Virus record (IMG/VR): IMGVR_UViG_3300032219_000848
Coordinates: 1 to 64,000 of that record
Length of the DNA: 64,000 nt
Strand: one strand, 5' to 3'
Source of the DNA: a virus
Lineage: Duplodnaviria > Caudoviricetes
Shown here one piece after another: positions 57,231-64,000 of this stretch. The notes under the pieces were generated by a model, which searched no databases, was not told the origin of the DNA, and saw nothing but the letters and a program-made list of their open reading frames with translations. The first letter of the stretch is position 1, and every line of letters begins with the position of its first letter. Position numbers and translations under genes: made by a program.

Positions 57231-59177
57231 ATGAAAAAAGTAAAATATTATTTCCCTGATATACAAGTAAGATGTATTACTGAATATTGTAGAAAAGGTG
57301 AACTTGCTAAAATTACAGAATCAGCAGATAGTTACAAAACTGTTATTATTCAGTATTTAGACGGTGGTGAAGAGATAGCACGTATTGGTCATGATGATGA
57401 ATATGATCTTGAGTTTGTACATGAAGAAGATGAGCTATTACAAGAAGCTATGGAGCGTTATAATGGAAAATCATTTAAATCATTAGCAGGTACAGATTTT
57501 GAGAACTTTAAACCAGTCAAGGCAAGATGGATTAATGTTAGTAAACATGATATACTTCTTGATAGTGAGAATGGAAGTACTGCACATGTCTATGAATTAG
57601 GTAAATGGGCTAACTCAGAACCATCATCATCTAAAGATGTATCTGATATTGAAATAGGCCAATTAGTTAGAATTAAGCCTATAGAAGATCGTCCATTAAA
57701 TTCATATTGTAATGTAAAACCTACAAATGATAAAATCACTTTTCACAATGGTTGGCGACAAGATAGTGATAAAGATATTGTAGTGATGGATGCATATTAT
57801 GTAGAACATTTACAACAATGGTTTTATCAAGTATATCCTAATTCATGGTATTCATCAGATGCTATTGATATTGTTACAAGTCCTCCGCCAAAAGCAGAAG
57901 ATGATGCTACATTTCCTATAGAAGGGCAATGTAAAACTATTACGCCTGGATTATCAGAATATTTACGTAAGACTAGAACACCAGAAGGAGACCAATCTTT
58001 AAAAGACCGTGCTAAGGCAGTGTGTTGGAATAATAAAGGATATTGGTTTGTATCTCGTAATTCATCTAAACAAGAGTATTCTATTAATTATTTAGAAAGA
58101 TTTTTCACACAAATTCCAAAACAAGAGAAGCCTATGCCTCCACAACAAGAGTTCGATTACACACCAAAAGGTGGATTTCAATTAACGCTTCCTCCTGAAC
58201 TTGTATCAGCAGCATTGCAACAAGCTACAGAAAGTCATTTCAGAGAGTCTGAAAAGAAGTTTGAGAAGCATCGTGAAGATGTCACTGCATTAGTAGAGAA
58301 GAAAAAGCAGATGATTGAGACAGAATTATATGAAAAGGTTGAAAAGACTATTTCATGTGATTTTGTAGAGTTCAAGACAAAAGTTATAGAAGACTACTTG
58401 ACTTCTAAACAAATTATTATTGAGCTGGGACAAGAGAAGAAATATGAATTCTCTTTGGAAGACAAGCATGAGCAATTACCAAAGATGGTAACATTTCTAC
58501 AGTTGTTTAAGCAAGCTATGATTGTAGGTCCTTCAGGATCAGGTAAATCAACTATGGCTAAGCAAGCAGCTGAAGTGATGGGATTACGCTATGGTGCATT
58601 CTCTTGTAATCTAGAAGCTTCTAAGTCAGAGTTGGTAGGTTTTGCTAACATTGACGGTTATGTAGAATCTTCATTCTTAGATTTCTATGAGAACGGTGGT
58701 GTATTTCTTGTAGACGAGTATGACTCTATGTCTCCATCTATTGCAGTTGTGTTAAATGCTGCATTCGACAGAACTGGTATGATTGCTGTACCAAACAGAA
58801 AAGGTAAAACTATAGCTAAGAAGCACAAAGATTTCTATTGTATTCTAGCAGGTAATACCTGGGGTTCTGGTTCTGTAGAATATCAAGGTCGCGAGATGCA
58901 AGATGCTGCGTTCTTAGATCGTTTCAAGATGTGTCGTATCTTCATTGATTATGATGAGAAGCTTGAGAAGAACATTGCTGGTAAACACCATAGTTTCTTC
59001 AAGAAAGTTCGTAACTATGTTACTAAGAAAGTGGATGGTGAGAACTTCTCAACTCGTTCTATGTATGATGCTGCAATGCTATTGAATAATGGCTTTACAC
59101 ATGAAGATATTCTAAATATGATGTCTGAACATTGGGATGAAGCATTACGTAAGGATTTAGTTAACTCTGTAGTCTAA
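57231..59177 (+). CDS. MoxR/CobS-like AAA+ ATPase with long N-terminal extension
   Basis: GPSGSGKST (Walker A), FLVDEYD (Walker B), HKDF..ILAGNT, DAAFLDRF and FSTR. Confidence 0.85.
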   Translation: MKKVKYYFPDIQVRCITEYCRKGELAKITESADSYKTVIIQYLDGGEEIARIGHDDEYDLEFVHEEDELLQEAMERYNGKSFKSLAGTDFENFKPVKARWINVSKHDILLDSENGSTAHVYELGKWANSEPSSSKDVSDIEIGQLVRIKPIEDRPLNSYCNVKPTNDKITFHNGWRQDSDKDIVVMDAYYVEHLQQWFYQVYPNSWYSSDAIDIVTSPPPKAEDDATFPIEGQCKTITPGLSEYLRKTRTPEGDQSLKDRAKAVCWNNKGYWFVSRNSSKQEYSINYLERFFTQIPKQEKPMPPQQEFDYTPKGGFQLTLPPELVSAALQQATESHFRESEKKFEKHREDVTALVEKKKQMIETELYEKVEKTISCDFVEFKTKVIEDYLTSKQIIIELGQEKKYEFSLEDKHEQLPKMVTFLQLFKQAMIVGPSGSGKSTMAKQAAEVMGLRYGAFSCNLEASKSELVGFANIDGYVESSFLDFYENGGVFLVDEYDSMSPSIAVVLNAAFDRTGMIAVPNRKGKTIAKKHKDFYCILAGNTWGSGSVEYQGREMQDAAFLDRFKMCRIFIDYDEKLEKNIAGKHHSFFKKVRNYVTKKVDGENFSTRSMYDAAMLLNNGFTHEDILNMMSEHWDEALRKDLVNSVV

Positions 59178-60040
59178 TGCGTATAGTCAAAGAAGAGAAG
59201 AATATACTTCACATGTATTTTGATTCTGTAGATGATTTCTTTCAAAACAGTGATGCATCAGCTATTAAAGCAAAAGGTATAGACCATTTGCATCACTCTA
59301 ATCAAGAACAAATTAAAGATATTTCAGAAGCAAAACAAAATAATTGGAGATATGCAGATGAGAGAAACAAAGATAAGTTTGAGAAGACTAGATTTGATCC
59401 TAGCAAAGGTAAAACAATGTGTGCAGAAGCTGTTAAATCAACTATGGCTGATAAAAGCTATAAGAAGTTAATGGCTAACGCTATGACATATCGTAGAAAA
59501 CCTAAGTTTCAGGATGTAGGATCTAGACTATCTATCCCACGAGCTATAGCTGGTGAAGATAAATACTTTGTTAGTCTTAAATCTGCAAGAAAACCAACAG
59601 TGAAGATTGCTATTAACATTTGTGGGAGTGCAAGTGTTAATGCTGAAGCGTTTGCTAAAGTGGCAAGAACTGCTATTCCAACTATTTATGCATTGGAACA
59701 AGCAGGTATTACCACTGAGGTGTACTATTGTGCATTTTCAAATGGTACACATCAAGGTTACAAATACAGTGAACTAGCTGTAAAAGTTAAATCAGCCCAA
59801 CAAAGATTCTCTTGGACATTATTTGCTCCAATATTCTGTGTTGGTAGCTATAGAGATAACATCTTTACAGCCTGGAGTAACTGTGATGTAGAAACAGATT
59901 ATGGTTTAGGTAGACCAATGGTTGAATCAGATATTAAAAAGCATAATAACTTTGGATATGATTCTGTAATTGGTTTAAATGCTGTAGGTCCTGTAGAAAA
60001 TGTAGGCTCTATTTTCAATAAAATAAAGCTTAAAAAATAG
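59177..60040 (+). CDS. vWA-like partner of the AAA+ ATPase
   Basis: Translationally coupled (TAATG); VKIAINICGSAS (degenerate MIDAS), LEQAG..TEVY, VKVK and GLGRP. Confidence 0.6.
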   Translation: MRIVKEEKNILHMYFDSVDDFFQNSDASAIKAKGIDHLHHSNQEQIKDISEAKQNNWRYADERNKDKFEKTRFDPSKGKTMCAEAVKSTMADKSYKKLMANAMTYRRKPKFQDVGSRLSIPRAIAGEDKYFVSLKSARKPTVKIAINICGSASVNAEAFAKVARTAIPTIYALEQAGITTEVYYCAFSNGTHQGYKYSELAVKVKSAQQRFSWTLFAPIFCVGSYRDNIFTAWSNCDVETDYGLGRPMVESDIKKHNNFGYDSVIGLNAVGPVENVGSIFNKIKLKK

Positions 60041-60060
60041 GTTAAAAGGTTGAATTGGTT

Positions 60061-60098
60061 AGAGCTCTTGGATTTTATCCTTGAGCTCTTTTATTTTT
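60061..60098 (+). terminator. Intrinsic terminator
   Basis: agagctc...gagctct followed by TTTATTTTT. Confidence 0.65.
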
Positions 60099-60118
60099 CA
60101 CAGTTTAAATAATAAAAA

Positions 60119-60466
60119 ATGAAAATTATTATTGAGAAATCAGGAAGATCATTCTTCATTCATGCTATTCATTGGGTAGTCTTTTGTTTGTATATATGTC
60201 AACTATTTATTTACGATAGTACAGTGAGTAATATAGAAGATTATGTACTTGCTATAAGTTGTGCACTTTGGGTGGGTATTGCTTATGTGCGTTTTATACA
60301 ATTAACAAGTGCTGAGTATAAATTAGATTTGTTAGAAAATAAAATGGCAAAAGAAATTGTTAATGGATTTGAAAAATTCATAGAAGACAATAAGGATAAA
60401 CTTATTCAAGATATTAAAAACAAAAAAGACATTAAAATCAAAAACAAAGATGAAAGAGCAAATTGA
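60119..60466 (+). CDS. Two-TM membrane protein
   Basis: 115 aa with two hydrophobic helices and a basic tail. Confidence 0.6.
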   Translation: MKIIIEKSGRSFFIHAIHWVVFCLYICQLFIYDSTVSNIEDYVLAISCALWVGIAYVRFIQLTSAEYKLDLLENKMAKEIVNGFEKFIEDNKDKLIQDIKNKKDIKIKNKDERAN

Positions 60467-60833
60467 TTCATTGACTAGTCTAGCTATACATGCTAGAGAT
60501 TATGTAAAACGTACAGGTATTGAGCCTATTGACAAGTATATTGTCTTTGCTAATGATCTTGTAGCGTATTGTACAGAGGATTATGGTTTCTTTACTTTGA
60601 CTTACACTCCTGATGTAAAATTGACCACTCACACAATGTATCATGATAAGAAAGAGCGTAGTTCAATTACTTTTAATTCTGATGCTACAGCTGAAGACTT
60701 AGAAGCTATTTATGCTAGAGCATTTGAAAGTATATTTCAGTTTGAACAAAATAGTACTGAAATGCTAGAAAAGAGAAGGCTTAAAGAGATTACAGAGTTA
60801 GAATCTAAATTGGCAAAATTAAAAGAATTATAA
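60450..60833 (+). CDS. Hypothetical protein
   Basis: 127 aa. Confidence 0.6.
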   Translation: MKEQIDSLTSLAIHARDYVKRTGIEPIDKYIVFANDLVAYCTEDYGFFTLTYTPDVKLTTHTMYHDKKERSSITFNSDATAEDLEAIYARAFESIFQFEQNSTEMLEKRRLKEITELESKLAKLKEL

Positions 60834-60834
60834 T

Positions 60835-61350
60835 ATGGGATATCAACCTGTAAAATTAATCTACAACTCATACATCCCAGATCAGTTAGAACCTGGGATG
60901 TTATTTGCTGTAAGTGTTACAATTAATGAGAATTCTTATTTGCATGTACATAAGCTTGAAAAGCTTCCACGAAATATTGAGAAATATATTCAAGAGAACG
61001 GATACCCAGTCAAACCATATTTAATCAGAGCTATAGATTCTAATCCTGATAAAGCACCAGAACAAGTAGCATATCCAGATCAAATTGCATATTGTGAACA
61101 AGATGGTTTATTGTATGATTTTACAATAGATGACATGAACTATGTTAGTATGGAAGATGAAGGATATGTTGGATTGTACTTTGATGATGAAACAGATAAA
61201 CCTACATTAGAAGATGGTCGTGTTATTGTAACATCAATGGACAATCTATGGAATGCAGAAGATGATGAATTTGAAAATCATGATTTGTTTCAAGATTATA
61301 ATGATGATGAATGGGATGTTACATTAATGGATGGTTTAGAAAATTTATAA
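60835..61350 (+). CDS. Hypothetical acidic protein
   Basis: 171 aa. Confidence 0.65.
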   Translation: MGYQPVKLIYNSYIPDQLEPGMLFAVSVTINENSYLHVHKLEKLPRNIEKYIQENGYPVKPYLIRAIDSNPDKAPEQVAYPDQIAYCEQDGLLYDFTIDDMNYVSMEDEGYVGLYFDDETDKPTLEDGRVIVTSMDNLWNAEDDEFENHDLFQDYNDDEWDVTLMDGLENL

Positions 61351-61889
61351 TGTTAAAACGTACATACACAAACGCTGCTCAAAAGAAAGCAGTGAGAGAG
61401 TTCCTTATAGGACACTTTAAGTTTAAGAATATAGTCGGATTAGCTGGACCAGATATCAATGAATACATTGATTGGTGTAAAGCTAAAGGTTATGATGAAT
61501 TTGAGATATTTGAAGCAGATCCCTCTACAATGGTGTCACAACTCGCAAAACTAAATCAGAAAGTGAGAATGACATTTACGTATGGAGATATTTTAAAAGC
61601 AGATTCATCAAAAAGTGAAACATTGTATGATCTTGATTTCTGTGCTAGTGTTCGTTATTTAAAAAAACACATAGCCAAATTCAAAGAGCATTTTATTATG
61701 ACGTTTAGCACAAGAGTAGGTATTCAGGAAACTATAGATACTTTCTTTGCTGCAAGAAATGAGAAAATAATAAAATCAGAGGAAGTGGTCAGTCCTCTAC
61801 AACATACAGTGTTTACAACTGAACAAGGTAATTATTTATTCATCAAGTATTGTGATACATCAGCGATGTGTTGCTTTGCTAAAATTTAA
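61350..61889 (+). CDS. SAM-dependent methyltransferase-like protein
   Basis: ATG at 61350 (TAATG coupling); IVGLAGP, EIFEAD, YGDI and YDLDFC in Rossmann MTase motif order. Confidence 0.5.
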   Translation: MLKRTYTNAAQKKAVREFLIGHFKFKNIVGLAGPDINEYIDWCKAKGYDEFEIFEADPSTMVSQLAKLNQKVRMTFTYGDILKADSSKSETLYDLDFCASVRYLKKHIAKFKEHFIMTFSTRVGIQETIDTFFAARNEKIIKSEEVVSPLQHTVFTTEQGNYLFIKYCDTSAMCCFAKI

Positions 61890-61895
61890 AAAATT

Positions 61896-62276
61896 ATGGA
61901 AAAGAAAGTAAGATTAAAAACATCAAAGTTCTTTTATACAGAAGAACAAGTTCAACAGTTACAAGATGCTATTAATAGCACGGAATTTAAAACTGATTAT
62001 GAAATTGCACGTACTTATTCAGAGAAGTTTGGCAAAACTCCAAATGCAGTTTTTAATAAACTATGCTCAATACGTGGTAAAAATGTTAGAGGCAAGATTA
62101 AAGTAATTGCTAAAACTACTAAACTTAAAGCTATTACTAAAGTAAAAAAGGCTAAATTAGCTAAAATTGAAATCATTAAAGAAGTTAAACCTCTTACATT
62201 ACCAGAAGGTATGACATACCAAGGTGTAGCTAAGACAGTAGAACTTCATTCTGATCATTTCCGAGTATATTTTTAA
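61896..62276 (+). CDS. Basic protein with possible N-terminal HTH
   Basis: FYTEEQVQQL...IAR...FGKTPNAVFNKL. Confidence 0.55.
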   Translation: MEKKVRLKTSKFFYTEEQVQQLQDAINSTEFKTDYEIARTYSEKFGKTPNAVFNKLCSIRGKNVRGKIKVIAKTTKLKAITKVKKAKLAKIEIIKEVKPLTLPEGMTYQGVAKTVELHSDHFRVYF

Positions 62277-62296
62277 TATTTAAACAAAAAAAAGTT

Positions 62297-62515
62297 ATGT
62301 CTATTAAAACACGCGTAGGTAGTCTTGTTAAAGTAATTAATCAAGCTAAAAAGAAAAATGCTGCTGATACATATCATTCAGTGTTATTGAAAGAAGATGG
62401 TCGTATTCTTTCATATTTATTTACAAGTATAGAGCTAGAAGTAGCTAAATCTCGTGCTCGTAAGAATGTTGAAGATTCAGTTGAGCAGAGTTTCATTTCT
62501 AAAATTATAGATTAA
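62297..62515 (+). CDS. Hypothetical protein
   Basis: 72 aa. Confidence 0.6.
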   Translation: MSIKTRVGSLVKVINQAKKKNAADTYHSVLLKEDGRILSYLFTSIELEVAKSRARKNVEDSVEQSFISKIID

Positions 62516-62520
62516 AATCA

Positions 62521-62555
62521 TGAGCACTACAGGAGAACAACTCCTGTAGTGCTTA
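62521..62555 (+). terminator. Strong hairpin
   Basis: tgagcactacaggag-aacaa-ctcctgtagtgctta. Confidence 0.6.
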
Positions 62556-62571
62556 TTAAATCAAATAGAAT

Positions 62572-62844
62572 ATGTCTACAGCTAAAGGAACAAGTTATGT
62601 AACATACTATCATCCAGAGAATGATGAGTTATGGTGTGAGTTAGAAGTTGTGTGGCAACACACTAGTGAACCAGCAGTTATGTATTATCGTGATGGATCA
62701 GGTTATCCTGGTGATGAATCATCTGAAATTATAGAGTTAAAAATGATATCATATTGTGATGAACCTATTCAAAACATGTCTATACCTCATTGGATAAACT
62801 GGGATGATGTAATGGAACAATTAAATCCCGAAAACTTATATTAA
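62572..62844 (+). CDS. Hypothetical protein
   Basis: 90 aa; Y.DGSGYP motif. Confidence 0.6.
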   Translation: MSTAKGTSYVTYYHPENDELWCELEVVWQHTSEPAVMYYRDGSGYPGDESSEIIELKMISYCDEPIQNMSIPHWINWDDVMEQLNPENLY

Positions 62845-62845
62845 T

Positions 62846-63004
62846 ATGTCAGAAATAGAAAAAGCTAAAGAGCTAATGAATAGATTTGGAGATCTTGCTT
62901 ATGACGCAGCACAACTTGCAGAAGATCAGTATGATGAACAGGAAAATCCTGCTCAGTTTATGTTTTGGTTTAGAGTTAAAATCTACATTGGTGCACGAAC
63001 ATGA
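62846..63004 (+). CDS. Small hypothetical protein (52 aa)
   Basis: MSEIEKAKELMNRFGD...; coupled (ATGA) to a 53-aa ORF at 63001-63162. Confidence 0.5.
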   Translation: MSEIEKAKELMNRFGDLAYDAAQLAEDQYDEQENPAQFMFWFRVKIYIGART

Positions 63005-63237
63005 AAGAAAGTAAAATCAATATACAATCAGCCTTTGAGCATATAGACAAAGAGTTGAAAAAAGAATATCTTCGTGATAAACAAAGATATTTAGACAAAT
63101 GGAAGTTGCAGTCTATTAAGACTGGTACAACTAGAACATCATTACAATCATGGGAATGTTAATTATTATCCTTCCTCATCTCTAGGTTTATGGCCTAGAG
63201 ATGGGTTGTAAATGCATGAACAAAATATTTGGAAAAA

Positions 63238-63549
63238 ATGAGAAATAAATTAGAAATGTACATAGAAGATAAGTTATTTAGAATCATTCTAATGATTGCA
63301 AAAATTGCTATCTGGTTTGTAGAAGAAAAAACAAAAAATATGAGAAGAAAAATAATTTATATAATTGTATTAATATTACTTTGCTATGTTTATTTTTGTA
63401 CAATTAAAACCAAAGTGACAGAGAAAAAACATATAGTTGTTAAAGAGTTTGGTATTGTTACACAAGAGGACATTTATGTGGATAACATGGAAAAGGGTAG
63501 ATACACAAGTCATGGTAGGTTAATTCTAAATGAACAAGACAATGACTGA
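63238..63549 (+). CDS. Hypothetical membrane protein
   Basis: Hydrophobic segment; start uncertain (63238 or 63340). Confidence 0.45.
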   Translation: MRNKLEMYIEDKLFRIILMIAKIAIWFVEEKTKNMRRKIIYIIVLILLCYVYFCTIKTKVTEKKHIVVKEFGIVTQEDIYVDNMEKGRYTSHGRLILNEQDND

Positions 63550-63662
63550 AGATGAATTATATAGTGCTATTGAAACAGCTATTATACGTTGGCGTATTGA
63601 TGGTACTAAAACAGCAGGTGAATTAACAAGAGAGATTATGTTAATAATTAAACAACAAGAAA

Positions 63663-63824
63663 ATGGAATTATATAACTACGTATTTCACTACAATCATCA
63701 TGAAGAATTGTGGTGGGCTATTCCAAGAGAATCTTATCTTGATTATTGGAATGGGGATAAATATGAATGCTTATTTGCATTATCAATGAAAGATTTGATA
63801 GAAATAATAAAAGATGGAGAATAA
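63663..63824 (+). CDS. Small hypothetical protein (53 aa)
   Basis: MELYNYVFHYNHHEELWWAIPRESYLDYWNG...; overlaps a 44-aa ORF at 63542-63676. Confidence 0.55.
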   Translation: MELYNYVFHYNHHEELWWAIPRESYLDYWNGDKYECLFALSMKDLIEIIKDGE

Positions 63825-64000
63825 CTTACAGGTTTTATGCTTTGACATCGAGACAATGCAAGAGTTGTTTCTCATTAACATACTCGATCCAGAATTACAT
63901 GAACAACATGAATTCATGGTGAGTAGATGGCACAACAATCTTGATGCAATGGTTAAGTTTATTGATGACCATAAAGATTATTACTTTGTAGGCTATAACA
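63814..64000 (+). CDS. DNA polymerase 3'-5' exonuclease domain (partial, runs off the window end)
   Basis: MENNLQVLCFDIETMQELF...YFVGYN: ExoI DIET and the start of ExoII GYN. Confidence 0.75.
   Translation, partial: MENNLQVLCFDIETMQELFLINILDPELHEQHEFMVSRWHNNLDAMVKFIDDHKDYYFVGYN

Overview
This window is about 64 kb of an AT-rich crAss-like phage (Crassvirales-type podovirus, Bacteroidetes host inferred from its promoter motifs), read in the standard genetic code. Positions 1-49242 are one minus-strand late/structural block. Reading from high to low coordinates it holds small DNA-binding genes, terL, portal, scaffold, major capsid, ring/hub/muzzle tail proteins, virion cargo proteins, a 3906-aa virion RNA polymerase (DFDID) fused to a zincin (HEAFH), a 1671-aa cargo protein with a PD-(D/E)xK-like motif, and a truncated Gly-X-Y fibre gene that the ORF track missed. 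Four Bacteroidetes-type TTTG-N19-21-TAnnTTT(G/A) promoters face this block. After a strand switch at about 49.25-49.47 kb comes a plus-strand early/middle region of small ORFs, a triplicated gene family, an aberrant tRNA-like RNA, a MoxR-AAA/vWA-like pair, a methyltransferase-like ORF and the start of a DNA polymerase exonuclease domain. The most striking unexplained signal is a family of at least six small covarying two-stem (H-type pseudoknot-compatible) elements in early intergenic spacers. Four of them end 8-11 nt upstream of an ATG, and they lie next to three paralogous genes that may encode OB-fold proteins. All product calls come from motif recognition and synteny by eye; no searches or folding programs were run.
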